Positions 49,096 to 59,194 of a DNA stretch of 64,000 nt are shown here, piece by piece. The position numbers and the translations under genes are program-made. The notes under the pieces were generated by a model. That model was given only the letters and a program-made list of their open reading frames with translations. It was not told the origin of the DNA and ran no database searches. Position 1 is the first letter of the stretch. Every line of letters begins with the position of its first letter. Source of the stretch: Planctomycetota bacterium (GTDB lineage Bacteria; Planctomycetota; SZUA-567; H5-PLA8); contig JBBRPR010000002.1 in the NCBI GenBank assembly GCA_038227875.1, forward strand, positions 64,001 through 128,000. The letters are read 5' to 3'.

Positions 49096-52050
49096 TCACA
49101 GCGGCGTCTGCCACGCTGCCTTCAATCCCGCCAGCGGCTCGTCGATCCACGGCAGCTGATCGGGGCCGATGCACTGCAGTACCTGCTGTTCGGTCACGAC
49201 GCCGACGCAGGCGTGCGGGAGGCCGCCGAAAATGCCTTCGAAATCCTGGCGCAGATCGCGCGAGACTTCGATCAGGTAGCGCGACGGGCTTTCGCTGAAG
49301 AGCACCACATTCGGTGGCAGCATGCGCGGCACGGGGATCTTGCCGATTTCGATCTGTGCGCCGAGACCGCCGGCGAACGCCATTTCGGCGGCGGCCGCGG
49401 CCAAGCCGCCTTCGCTCAGGTCGTGGCAGGCGCGCACGACTTTGCGCGAAATGGCTTTGTGCACGGCCTTGTGAATCCGCGTCGAGAGCTTCAAATCCAC
49501 GCGCGGAATGTGGCCGGCGGTGATCGCGATGTTGGTCACCATGTTGAGGTGGCTGCCGCCCAGTTCGTCGTTGGTGATGCCAATGACGTAGAGCAGATCG
49601 CCGGCCTTCTTCAAATCCATGGTCACGCACGACCGCACATCTTCGACGATGCCCATGCCGGAGATCAGCAGCGTGCCGGGAATCGCGATGGTCTTGTTGT
49701 TCACGCTGTATTCGTTGTTCAGCGAATCCTTGCCGCTGATGAACGGCGTGCCGTAGGCGATGGCCGCTTCCGTCGCGCCTTCGCAGGCCAGCGCCAGCGA
49801 GCCCAACTGCTCGGGCTTGGAGGTGTTGCCCCACGAGAAGTTGTCGAGAATGAACGTGTTGTCCGGATCGGCGCCGACGGCGACGAGATTGCGGATGCAT
49901 TCGTCGACGGCCAGTTTCGCCATCTCCTTCGGATCGCGTTCGGTGAACTGCGGGCACAGACCGCAACCGATGGCGAGGCCCCGTTCGCTGCCGAGGATCG
50001 GCGTGAGCACAGCCGCGTCGCCGGGCGCATCGTCGTTGATGCCTACCAGCGGCTTGATTGCGGTGCGGCCCTGAACTTCGTGATCGTACTGCCGGATGAT
50101 CCACTGCTTCGACGCGACCGTCGGGTGCGCGAGCACTTTTTTCAGCAGCGCGCCCCACAGCACAGCCGGTTGCGTCCGCGCCTTGGAGAGCATCTTCAAA
50201 TCCAGACCCGTCGTCGTGTGCATGGTCATCAGCGCGTCGAGCGTTGAGACGTCCTGCACCGCGACCTTGGGCGGCGTCCATGTCGCATCGCGCGTGACGT
50301 GCGGCAGGCCGCCGTGGAGGAATTCGACGGAGAGTTTCGCCACGGGCTGGCCACGGTAATTAAGGCGCAGAATCTTGTCGGCGCCAAACGCGCCGATGAC
50401 CGTCGCGTCGACGTCTTCGTCCTTGCAGAGCTTGTCCAGTTCCGGCCACTTCGCGGGCGGCACGGCGATGACCATGCGTTCCTGCGCTTCGCTGATCCAG
50501 ATTTCCGTATAGGAAAGTCCGTCGTACTTCAGCGGCACTTTTTCCAGATCGACAATGGCGCCCAGGTCTTCGCCCATCTCGCCGACGGCCGAGGACAGTC
50601 CACCCGCGCCGCAATCGGTCACGCAGGTGTACAACCCGGCGTCGCGCGCCACCAGCAGGACGTCGAGCACCTTCTTCTGCTCGATGGCATTGCCGATCTG
50701 CACCGCGCCGCTGGAGACCATTTCGGAATTTTCGGAGAGTTCCAGGCTGCTGAACGTCGCGCCGTGGATGCCGTCGCGTCCGGTCCGGCCGCCGAGCACC
50801 ACGATGAAATCGCCGGAATGCGCGCGCTTGTTGATCTTGTCGCGCGGAATCAAGCCGACAGACCCCGCGAAGACGAGCGGGTTGCCGACGTAGCGCGGAT
50901 CGAACTGCACCGCGCCATTGACCGTCGGAATGCCCATTCTATTGCCGTAATCGCGCACGCCGGAGACGACCCCGGCCATCACGCGCCGCGGGTGGAGCGT
51001 GCCGGCGGGCAGATGTTCGTGGCGGATTTCCGGGCTGCCGAAACAGAACACGTCGGTGTTGGCGATGGGCTTGGCGCCCAGGCCCGTGCCCATCGTATCG
51101 CGGATGCAGCCGCCGATTCCCGTTCCCGCGCCGCCGTAAGGTTCGATCGCGCTGGGATGATTGTGCGTTTCGACTTTGAACGTTACCGCCCAGTTTTCAT
51201 CAAACGCGACGACGCCGGCGTTGTCTTTGAAAACCGACAGACACGCGCGATGGCCGATCGTTTCGGTCGCGCGGACGATGGTTTCTTTGAGCAGATTGTT
51301 GTAGCGCTTGGAGCCTTCCGGACCGGTAAAGTTCACCGTGCCGCGCATGGTCTTGTGGCGGCAGTGTTCCGACCACGTCTGCGCCAGCGTTTCCAGTTCG
51401 ATGTCGGTTGGGTTGCGGCCGTTCTCCTGGAAGTAAAGTTGGATCGCTTTCATTTCATCCAGCGACAACGCCAGCGAACCGTCGCGGCTGATCTCGAGGA
51501 GTTCCGTGTCTTCCTTGCCGATCAGCGGCACCTGCATGAGCTGGAAGTTGTACGCGCCGGCCGGTCCGTGCACGGGGGCCATCTTGTCGATGTGAATTTC
51601 TTCGATGCAGTCGTTGCCCAGGATTTTGCGCGAAACACGCAGCAGTTCCTTGGTCTCGATTTTCGTGCTCGACGGATAGAAGAAGAGGTACTTGCGGCCG
51701 GTCGTGACGAGGCCGACGTTGAGCTTGCGGTCGTTGAGCGCCTTGCGGATGCTCGCCGCGACGGGATCCATCACGCCGGGCTTGCGCGCGACTTCGATCA
51801 GCCGCGCGTCGACGTCGTCGTACAGCGGCTCGTTGACCGAGGCCTTCTCCACGATCGGGTCGGAGAACAGTTCGCGGGCGACGGTCGCCGCGACGTCGGG
51901 GGAAAACTCGGCTTCAATCCAGTAGAGCCGGGCCGTGCGGATGCGTTCCGGGAGCTGCGCGCCCAGTGCTTTGAGTTCAGAGAGAATTCCAGCCGCCAGC
52001 GGGTCGGGAAGATTCTCGCGAAGTCCTGCTTCGATGCGGTACAGATTCAT
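49096..52050 (-). CDS. purL: FGAM synthase subunit PurL with N-terminal PurS-like extension
   Basis: QTWSEHCRHK, KVETHNHPSAIEP, DCGAGGLS, SEAQERM, QYDHEV and HDLSEGGL motifs; no glutaminase domain. Confidence 0.95.
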   Translation of the reverse strand: MNLYRIEAGLRENLPDPLAAGILSELKALGAQLPERIRTARLYWIEAEFSPDVAATVARELFSDPIVEKASVNEPLYDDVDARLIEVARKPGVMDPVAASIRKALNDRKLNVGLVTTGRKYLFFYPSSTKIETKELLRVSRKILGNDCIEEIHIDKMAPVHGPAGAYNFQLMQVPLIGKEDTELLEISRDGSLALSLDEMKAIQLYFQENGRNPTDIELETLAQTWSEHCRHKTMRGTVNFTGPEGSKRYNNLLKETIVRATETIGHRACLSVFKDNAGVVAFDENWAVTFKVETHNHPSAIEPYGGAGTGIGGCIRDTMGTGLGAKPIANTDVFCFGSPEIRHEHLPAGTLHPRRVMAGVVSGVRDYGNRMGIPTVNGAVQFDPRYVGNPLVFAGSVGLIPRDKINKRAHSGDFIVVLGGRTGRDGIHGATFSSLELSENSEMVSSGAVQIGNAIEQKKVLDVLLVARDAGLYTCVTDCGAGGLSSAVGEMGEDLGAIVDLEKVPLKYDGLSYTEIWISEAQERMVIAVPPAKWPELDKLCKDEDVDATVIGAFGADKILRLNYRGQPVAKLSVEFLHGGLPHVTRDATWTPPKVAVQDVSTLDALMTMHTTTGLDLKMLSKARTQPAVLWGALLKKVLAHPTVASKQWIIRQYDHEVQGRTAIKPLVGINDDAPGDAAVLTPILGSERGLAIGCGLCPQFTERDPKEMAKLAVDECIRNLVAVGADPDNTFILDNFSWGNTSKPEQLGSLALACEGATEAAIAYGTPFISGKDSLNNEYSVNNKTIAIPGTLLISGMGIVEDVRSCVTMDLKKAGDLLYVIGITNDELGGSHLNMVTNIAITAGHIPRVDLKLSTRIHKAVHKAISRKVVRACHDLSEGGLAAAAAEMAFAGGLGAQIEIGKIPVPRMLPPNVVLFSESPSRYLIEVSRDLRQDFEGIFGGLPHACVGVVTEQQVLQCIGPDQLPWIDEPLAGLKAAWQTPL

Positions 52051-52198
52051 GGAGGCGATGGTAAAGGTTCGATTGAAATTCGAAAACGAATTTTAAATGC
52101 CGGTCTCACACAATGCTCAACCTTCAGGCGTATGACGCAGCGACTATAGCGGTCGGTGGATGAAAGCCAAAGAAATTCGAGAGCCAGGAGCCGTTCAC

Positions 52199-53119
52199 TC
52201 AGTCGTCCGAGAACTGCACCTTCTTACCAAACTGTTTCTCGAAGACGCTCAGGTACTGCTCGAGTGAAAACATACGCAGTTCCTTGCGGTACTGTTCGAC
52301 TTTGGTTTTGTCTTCCAGCGGCAGGACGATGGGGTCGCCCTTGTCGTTCTGCCCGACTTGCGTGCCGTATTTCTGTTTGTTGCCCAAATAGAGTTGGGTG
52401 CGGTCGTAGAGCAGCGCGAAATTCTGGCCGTCGTTGAGCAGGCCGGCTTTCATATCTTTTTCGATTTCCGGAAGCACGGAGATCATCAGCGGCAGCGTGC
52501 CGATGTGTTGGACGATCAGGAACGCGGTGTTCGAGGCCGATTGCCCAAAACGTTTCACGTCGATCCAGCCGTACTCCTGGATGAGCTTCGTGATGTAGCG
52601 GGTGTTCTCCGTATCGACGGCGCCTATTTGGTTCAACTTCGTTTGATCTTTGCGCACTTCCTGATCGGTGACTAGACGCTTGGCGAATTGGAATTGGATT
52701 TCCTTGAGTTCCTCGGCAGGGACTTCTTTTTTGGTGCCGAGCTTCAGCGGCTTCAGTTCCAGCTCGTCCGGCGTGGTGGAGAGTTTACTAAAGGTGAGTA
52801 CAGGTCCGCCGCCTTCGGGCGTGAAGATCAGCTTGTCGCTTTTCAGCTCCAGCTTGATCGGAACCGTACGACCTTGAGATTTGATGATGAGTTTGCCCGG
52901 CGCCAGTTGCGCGGCGAAGAAGCTGAGCTGGCCATTCTCGGCGGAACTGAAGCGCTGGGGTTCGATCCGGATCAGCGCTTTCGCGTTGGGATCGTCGCTC
53001 GACCAGCAGCCCAGGAAGACTTTCGCCTCCGGTGGCACTACCGCTTCGGCGGCGTGACACGATTCCTTACACATCAAGACGGCGAACAGGGTCAGGGTGC
53101 AGGCCAGATACCGGGGCAT
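52199..53119 (-). CDS. Secreted protein with DUF6624-like C-terminal domain
   Basis: DQEVR...VD.EN...I.EYGW; AFLIVQH; ALLYDR...GNKQKYGTQ. Confidence 0.7.
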   Translation of the reverse strand: MPRYLACTLTLFAVLMCKESCHAAEAVVPPEAKVFLGCWSSDDPNAKALIRIEPQRFSSAENGQLSFFAAQLAPGKLIIKSQGRTVPIKLELKSDKLIFTPEGGGPVLTFSKLSTTPDELELKPLKLGTKKEVPAEELKEIQFQFAKRLVTDQEVRKDQTKLNQIGAVDTENTRYITKLIQEYGWIDVKRFGQSASNTAFLIVQHIGTLPLMISVLPEIEKDMKAGLLNDGQNFALLYDRTQLYLGNKQKYGTQVGQNDKGDPIVLPLEDKTKVEQYRKELRMFSLEQYLSVFEKQFGKKVQFSDD

Positions 53120-53153
53120 GGTGCTTCTCCGAGAAAATGGTGGGCGTCGTTTA

Positions 53154-53182
53154 TTAACGTGCCCAAGGTACAGAACGTTACA
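53154..53182 (-). promoter_or_regulatory. Putative ECF sigma promoter
   Basis: Minus strand reads TGTAAC-N17-CGTTAA, fitting the general ECF AAC/CGT pattern. Confidence 0.5.
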
Positions 53183-53262
53183 TTCGCACCTTGTAGGAAT
53201 CGTGGTTGTTGAAAAGAAAGGCGTGTTCGGCAATACTATTCCAGAACCGCGACGAGGCCGCC

Positions 53263-54021
53263 ATGATCGCCATTCTTTCCGATGTGCATGCCAATTTAGA
53301 AGCGCTCCAGGCGGTCATTCACGACGTCAGCCAGCGCGGCATCAAACGCATTTTCTTTCTCGGTGACATCGTCGGCTACGGACCCAATCCGGCCGAAGTG
53401 CTCGACTTTATCAAGAATTTCGAATTCTGCCTGCTCGGCAACCACGACGAAGCCTGCTTGAAGGGCCCGGGCAAGCAATTCAACGCGGCGGCGGCGAAGT
53501 CGGCGTGGTGGACGCGGCGGCAGATCTGCCCCGACGAAATCTCCGGCGCGTTCTTGCGGCCGGGCGAACACCAGAAGCGGACGCAGCAGTGGGAATACCT
53601 GTTGTCGCTGAAGCCGGTGCGCATGGTCGGTGAAATGATGTTCGTCCACGACACACCCGCTCAGCCAGGTTCGTGGCGCTACGTCCGCGACCGCGCGGAG
53701 GCCGATCTGGGCTTCAAAGCGCATCCGAATGTGCGTGCGTTTTTCTACGGGCATTCGCACGTGCCGGGCGTGTGGACAGAGACCAATTACATAAAGGCCG
53801 AGCCCGGCCGCAAGTTCACCTTCAAAGACCGCGTCTCGGTGAACGTCGGTTCCGTCGGCCAGCCGCGCGACAAGGACCCGCGAGCGTGCTACGTGCTGCT
53901 GGAACCCGACGGCTTCCGCTTCTTCCGCGTGCCCTACGACATCGCCAAGACGCAGGAAAAAATCCGCGCGACGCCGGAACTGGAGCCGATCCTCGCGGAC
54001 CGGCTGGCGGTCGGGCAGTAA
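53263..54021 (+). CDS. Metallophosphoesterase family protein
   Basis: SDVHAN, LGDIVGYGP, GNHD, GHSH and NVGSVGQPRD motifs. Confidence 0.92.
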   Translation: MIAILSDVHANLEALQAVIHDVSQRGIKRIFFLGDIVGYGPNPAEVLDFIKNFEFCLLGNHDEACLKGPGKQFNAAAAKSAWWTRRQICPDEISGAFLRPGEHQKRTQQWEYLLSLKPVRMVGEMMFVHDTPAQPGSWRYVRDRAEADLGFKAHPNVRAFFYGHSHVPGVWTETNYIKAEPGRKFTFKDRVSVNVGSVGQPRDKDPRACYVLLEPDGFRFFRVPYDIAKTQEKIRATPELEPILADRLAVGQ

Positions 54022-54118
54022 GCTTCAGCAACTGAAGCAGAAGTGATGCAGCGCGCTTCAATCGTCCCATCTTGGATGTGTTCGACGGTCACGATCCCTC
54101 CTTTTTAAAAGATTCAGA

Positions 54119-54157
54119 GTGAAATCCTCCGACATGGAGTGTACTGTAAATAGAACA
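54119..54157 (+). promoter_or_regulatory. Conserved bipartite upstream motif, copy 1
   Basis: GTGAAATC-N12-GTGTACTGTAAATAGAACA; recurs at 56354. Confidence 0.65.
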
Positions 54158-54165
54158 GTTGTTTC

Positions 54166-56319
54166 ATGATCGGTACTGCCATGGGAGAGTTTGGCGTGAC
54201 CAAGATCTGTATCAAGTTCGCGGCGGCGACCTTTGTGATGGGATGTGGATTCATGCCAATGGCTCTGGCAGCGGATGCCCCGCCGGTGGAGCGGCGTTCA
54301 GTGCCGGCGGTCGAGGATCTCAAAAAGCCGATCTTGTGGGGGCTGGAATGTACGGCGGCGGACGGCTCGGGCCTCGCGTTTGGCGGATGCGAGCAGGAGG
54401 CCGACGACGGTGCCTCGCGTACGCGCATCAAAGTGTCTGGCAACTGGAAACCTCTAACCGACGAACTTCGCGCCAAAAATCCGCTGCAGAAACAGTACGA
54501 GAAAACGTGGGCACTGCGCAACCATTTGAAAGACGGCATCGCCCGCGCCCGCTACATCTACTTTGAAGGCCGCGTCGCCGACGACGCGCAGAAGTCGCTC
54601 AAGGCCGACGTCGTTCCGGCACTTGAAGGCGTTCTCAAAGACGTGGAGACGCTGTCGACGGAACTGGGCGCGCTGAAACTGGACGCGTACGAGGCTGCGC
54701 AAGCCAAGTCCGGCCTGGCGACGCTGCAGACTGTGGCCGGCAAACTCAAAACGCTGAGCGGCACGCTGACCACCGGCGTGACGGCCGATCTGCTCAAGGA
54801 ATTGCGGGAAGCCCAGGTCAATCTGGAGCGCGCATCCGAGGCGTTCGATGCGGAACCTCCCGTGCGCGCGCTGACGGCGATGGTCTTTGACGAGAAGAGC
54901 AAACTCGTTGTCCTCTTTGGTGGCGATCACTTCGATTACCTCATGAACGACACGTGGACTTTTGATCCGGCCGCGAAAAAGTGGATGCAGCGCCACCCCG
55001 CAACGGCCCCCTCGCCGCGCGGCAACGCGCTGCTCAAGGCCGCCGGCGGCAAGGTGACGCTCACCGGCGGCTACGACTACACGTCCACCACTGACTACGT
55101 GGGCGCTCATTACAAAGAAGTGAAGGACGGCGAGTGGACCTATGATCCGGCCACCGATGCGTGGTCCGGCAGCGGCCCGGGCGAACCGTCGGGCTCGCGT
55201 GTTTACCGCAAGGACCCGTATTTGCCGGAGTCCTTCATGCAGGGCGATGCGCCGAACGCGGCGGCCACGGATGAGAAGCAAAAAGAGTTGCCGGTCAACA
55301 CCTGGGTGCTGGCCAAGCCGCCGAAACTTCCCAAGCAGAACCGCGACTGGGGTTCGGTCACGATCGACACGGATCACGACATGCTGCTGTTTTTCAGCGG
55401 CGGGCATGTGGCTCACGGCGGGTCGGATGTGCTGCAGTACCATTTCAGCACCAACCGCTGGGAATTGCCGTTTCCGATCGAGTTCCCGCTGGGGCAAACC
55501 TATTCCAACACCAGCTATCCCGACGGCTACAATCTCAACCGGCGTCCGTGGGTGACCGGGCACACGTATTTGAGTTACCTCTACGATCCGACCGCCAAAA
55601 AACTGCTCTTCACCGGACACACCAGGCATTGCTACGAGTACGATCCCGTGGCCGCGGACTGGACCGGGCGTTCGGTCAAGCCGGCGGGGATGAATTACGG
55701 CGGCTGCTTCTTTGATCTGAACTGCGCGTTCGCCACTGGCGGTTCGGTCTGCTGGACCAAGGAGAGCCGCTTCTTCCGCTACACGGCGGCGCAGAATCTG
55801 TGGGCGGAACTTAAAGTGACCGGCAAAGCTCCCGGCGCGAGCGTTGATAGCTCTGTTTCGGTCTACGACAGCAAGCGCGATCGCCTGCTGATGATCGCGT
55901 CCGGATATGGCCAGAAATATAACGGCCAGGTCTTCGCCCTGGATCTGAAGACGCTGGCCGTCTCAGCGCTCACGCCCACGAACATGGCGGCGGTGCCGGC
56001 TGCCGGAGGTTTCGGCGTCGACCGGGCCTGCTATGATGCGGAGAACGACGTGGTCCTGATGGGGACATTGTTGCCGGATGCCTCCGCCGATGGGGTACAC
56101 CGGACGCCGGCTTACGATTGCGCGTCCAATCGCTGGGTCGCGCTGAAGATCAACTACCCGACCGCTGGCGACAAGAAAAGTCCTCAAGTTCCGATGGGGC
56201 ATTCCAGTGGCGTTGCCTTCGACCCGAAGCGCAAACGGGTTTGGGGCGTGGATACGAATTGCAACATCTATATGCTGAAATTAGACCTGAAATCCGCCGA
56301 CGCTACGGAGATGAAATAG
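54166..56319 (+). CDS. Secreted Kelch/beta-propeller repeat protein with N-terminal helical region (start may be GTG 54196)
   Basis: Signal peptide ending ALA-A; Kelch-like VFD...VVLFGGD....NDTWTFDP...W and repeated YDP/YDS..W units. Confidence 0.78.
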   Translation: MIGTAMGEFGVTKICIKFAAATFVMGCGFMPMALAADAPPVERRSVPAVEDLKKPILWGLECTAADGSGLAFGGCEQEADDGASRTRIKVSGNWKPLTDELRAKNPLQKQYEKTWALRNHLKDGIARARYIYFEGRVADDAQKSLKADVVPALEGVLKDVETLSTELGALKLDAYEAAQAKSGLATLQTVAGKLKTLSGTLTTGVTADLLKELREAQVNLERASEAFDAEPPVRALTAMVFDEKSKLVVLFGGDHFDYLMNDTWTFDPAAKKWMQRHPATAPSPRGNALLKAAGGKVTLTGGYDYTSTTDYVGAHYKEVKDGEWTYDPATDAWSGSGPGEPSGSRVYRKDPYLPESFMQGDAPNAAATDEKQKELPVNTWVLAKPPKLPKQNRDWGSVTIDTDHDMLLFFSGGHVAHGGSDVLQYHFSTNRWELPFPIEFPLGQTYSNTSYPDGYNLNRRPWVTGHTYLSYLYDPTAKKLLFTGHTRHCYEYDPVAADWTGRSVKPAGMNYGGCFFDLNCAFATGGSVCWTKESRFFRYTAAQNLWAELKVTGKAPGASVDSSVSVYDSKRDRLLMIASGYGQKYNGQVFALDLKTLAVSALTPTNMAAVPAAGGFGVDRACYDAENDVVLMGTLLPDASADGVHRTPAYDCASNRWVALKINYPTAGDKKSPQVPMGHSSGVAFDPKRKRVWGVDTNCNIYMLKLDLKSADATEMK

Positions 56320-56353
56320 ACCGCTTTCGGGCTACAATTTAGCTAGAAACATC

Positions 56354-56391
56354 GTGAAATCGCATCCCAAGGGTGTACTGTAAAAAGAACA
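56354..56391 (+). promoter_or_regulatory. Conserved bipartite upstream motif, copy 2
   Basis: GTGAAATC-N11-GTGTACTGTAAAAAGAACA, about 30 bp before ATG 56421. Confidence 0.65.
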
Positions 56392-56420
56392 ACAGCGGAC
56401 GGGGCGGGCGAGGTAACGGC

Positions 56421-57647
56421 ATGAAAAGCACGTTTCGATGGATCGAGTGCAAAGCTTGGGCGCTGCTGGTGTTAAGCGTCGGTTTTGCGCTGTTGACCGG
56501 ACCGGACGCGCGTGCCTGCTCAGAACCCGTCTACAAGTACGCCGCGGAAAATTGGCAGCCGGAACCCTATGTGGTCGTGCTGTTCCGGCACGGCAAACCC
56601 GCGGCTGACGACGAGGCCCTTTCGAAGCTCATTTCCGATTCCCACGCCAACGCCATGGTCGACAACTGCGACGTCGACACCGACGTGCCACAGGAATACA
56701 AAGCCGTGTGGGATTCGATCAAGACGCAGACGCTGCCCCAGATGGCCGTGCTGTCGCCGTCCCATCGGGAAGCGCCGGAGAGAGGCGCGCTCTGGTCAGG
56801 CGCGTGGAACAAGGCCAACATTGAGAAGGTGTTGAATTCCCCCGTGCGCAAGAAATTGGCGGAGAACCTGAAGCGCGGCGACGCCGGCGTCTGGCTGCTC
56901 TTCGATGGCGGCAAGAAGGCGACCGACGATACCACCATGGCCCTGCTGGAAAAGAACGCCAAGGAACTCTCGGCGCGCTTCACGGCTGAAATTCGAGCCA
57001 ACTCCGAAATGGTCAAGGATGAACCCCGCGATCCGGCGGCGCCCGAAGCCAAGGCAGCGGCGCCCGCGGAAGATGTGCGGCTCTCGGTGATCCGTGTTTC
57101 GCGCAAGGAAGCGACCGACGACACGCTCTTCTCCGGAATGATGGCCGAACCGTTCAAGCAGGACGAACCCTGCGCGATGATGGTCTTCGGACGCGGTCGG
57201 GCGCTGGGACCCCTGGCCGCCAAGGAACTCACGGAAGAAGGGGTCGAATCGGTCGCCGGTTTCCTGGCCGGGCCCTGCGTCTGTTCGATCAAGGAACAGA
57301 AAATCGGCATCGATCTGCTCCTGGATCTGCCAATGGATTCGCATTGGAAGCCGCCGGAGTTTCCCGTGGACCTCGGTGCGGCGCCTCCCTTGTCGCCCCT
57401 GCCCGTAACGCCGGCTGCACCGGCGACGACTCCCGCGCCCGTGATTCCGGCGCCGCTGGCTGCAACGACTCCGCCGGCGGTCGCGCCTACCCCGGCGCCA
57501 GTTCCCGTCTCTACTGCAGCCGATACCGCCATCGCTCCGCAGACGGTTGAAGCTCCGCGCTCGCTCTCTGGACTGACGCTGGCGGCGGCGCTGATTGCCG
57601 TGGGCCTGGTCGCGTTGATTCTTGCCACTCGAAAGGGCTCGGCATGA
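56421..57647 (+). CDS. Exported Cys-containing hypothetical protein with Pro/Ala/Thr linker and C-terminal membrane anchor
   Basis: Signal peptide then ACSEPVYKYA; GPCVCSIK motif; C-terminal TM plus RK; ATGA overlap with the next gene. Confidence 0.75.
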   Translation: MKSTFRWIECKAWALLVLSVGFALLTGPDARACSEPVYKYAAENWQPEPYVVVLFRHGKPAADDEALSKLISDSHANAMVDNCDVDTDVPQEYKAVWDSIKTQTLPQMAVLSPSHREAPERGALWSGAWNKANIEKVLNSPVRKKLAENLKRGDAGVWLLFDGGKKATDDTTMALLEKNAKELSARFTAEIRANSEMVKDEPRDPAAPEAKAAAPAEDVRLSVIRVSRKEATDDTLFSGMMAEPFKQDEPCAMMVFGRGRALGPLAAKELTEEGVESVAGFLAGPCVCSIKEQKIGIDLLLDLPMDSHWKPPEFPVDLGAAPPLSPLPVTPAAPATTPAPVIPAPLAATTPPAVAPTPAPVPVSTAADTAIAPQTVEAPRSLSGLTLAAALIAVGLVALILATRKGSA

Positions 57648-59194
57648 CCTTGATCGGCGGATTAGTTCTACGCAGACCCGCGCGGGGCGGTGCCCATCCG
57701 CTGGCGATGATCTTCGGAGTCTCGCTGATTGTCGCCGGCCTGCTGGTGGCGATGCTGACGCTGCTCTCGGGCGGAAATTCGGCCACGCCGGGAAAAAAGC
57801 CGCTGATCGTCCTCGTCGGCGCAAGCTTGAAGCCGGCCTTTGAAGCCGTCGCCAAATCCTACCGCGAACAGTACGGCGTCGAGATCCAGGCTCAGTACGA
57901 TGCCTCCGACAACCTGCTCAGCTCCATCAAGATCACGCACACCGGCGATCTGTTTCTGCCGGCCGAAGAGCTCTATATCAACCGCGCCCGGGGTGAAGGT
58001 CTGGTCAAGGAAGTGCTGGCCGTGGCGCACACGCGTCCGGTGATCGCGGTGAAGAAGGGCAATCCCAAAAATATCAAGGATCTCAACGACCTGCTGCGGA
58101 CGGATGTCAGCGTCGGCGTGGCCAGTCCGGCGGCGGCCATTGGACGGCTGACGAAAGAAGCCTTCGAGCGCAGCGGCAAGACCGAGGAATACAACACGCG
58201 ACGCAAGAACACCGATTCGAAATTCAGCGAACTGGGCAAGGAACCGGAAGTCGGCAACAGCATCAAGCTGGGCGCTGTCGATGCGGGCATCATCTGGGAT
58301 TCGTCCGCGACGCGCTATCCGGAACTGGAAGCCATCAGCGACACGCAGCTCAATTCCTTCGACCAACAGGTCTCGATTGGCGTGCTGAGCACCTCCAGCG
58401 ATGCGACGCGCGCGCTCCACTTTGCGCGCTACCTGACCGCGCGAGATCGAGGGCTGCCGCAATTCAAGGCCGCCGGTTACCGCGTGGACGATGGCGATCA
58501 GTGGGCTGAAAGCCCGGAGCTCTCGGTGTTTCTCGGCGCCATGCTGCGCCCGGCGATGACCGAGACGTTGAAACAGTTTGCCGCGCGCGAAGGTCTGCCG
58601 CCCATCAAAACGGTTTACAACGGCTGCGGCATTCTCGTGGGACAAATGAAAGTTGGCGCGCGGCCGGACATGTACTTTGCCTGTGACACCTCCTTTATGA
58701 ACCAGGTCCAGGATCTCTTCGACAAGGCCGACGTGATCTCGTCCAATGAAATGGTGATCGTGGTTCAGAAGGGCAATCCGAAGGGCATCAAGGAACTCAA
58801 GGACCTGATGAAACCGGGCATCAAGCTGGGTGTCGGCGAAGAACGGCAGTGCGCGCTGGGCTGGCTGACCAAGGATGTCCTCGACCGCACCAACCTGTGC
58901 GAGAAGATCGAAAAGAACATCGCCACCCGTCTGACCACTGGCGACATGCTGATCGCCGCGATGCCTGCGCTGGACGCGGTGATCGTGTACAAGAGCAACG
59001 CGATGTTCATCAAAGACCGCTTCGATGTCATCCCCGTCGATCTGCCGCAGCATTTCGCGCAGCAACCGGTGGCGGTGAGCAAGGAATCCAAGTACCGGCA
59101 TTTGACCGAAAGGCTGCTGGATGCGATCCGCTCCAGCGAATCCCAGGCACGCTTTCGCGAAAACGGATTTCAATGGGTCTACAATCCGAAGTGA
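57644..59194 (+). CDS. modA: Tandem-domain molybdate/tungstate-type ABC substrate-binding protein (ModA-like x2)
   Basis: Two ModA-like repeats (V.VGASLKPA...IAVKKGNPKNIKDL.DL; GAMLRPAM...IVVQKGNPKGIKELKDL). Confidence 0.8.
   Translation: MTLIGGLVLRRPARGGAHPLAMIFGVSLIVAGLLVAMLTLLSGGNSATPGKKPLIVLVGASLKPAFEAVAKSYREQYGVEIQAQYDASDNLLSSIKITHTGDLFLPAEELYINRARGEGLVKEVLAVAHTRPVIAVKKGNPKNIKDLNDLLRTDVSVGVASPAAAIGRLTKEAFERSGKTEEYNTRRKNTDSKFSELGKEPEVGNSIKLGAVDAGIIWDSSATRYPELEAISDTQLNSFDQQVSIGVLSTSSDATRALHFARYLTARDRGLPQFKAAGYRVDDGDQWAESPELSVFLGAMLRPAMTETLKQFAAREGLPPIKTVYNGCGILVGQMKVGARPDMYFACDTSFMNQVQDLFDKADVISSNEMVIVVQKGNPKGIKELKDLMKPGIKLGVGEERQCALGWLTKDVLDRTNLCEKIEKNIATRLTTGDMLIAAMPALDAVIVYKSNAMFIKDRFDVIPVDLPQHFAQQPVAVSKESKYRHLTERLLDAIRSSESQARFRENGFQWVYNPK

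Noticed and set aside
4368..52149. Long antisense or alternate-frame ORFs (e.g. 4368-5939, 8593-10059, 23366-24709, 50299-52149)
   Set aside because: They are shadows of well-supported genes, expected in high-GC DNA, and have no motifs.
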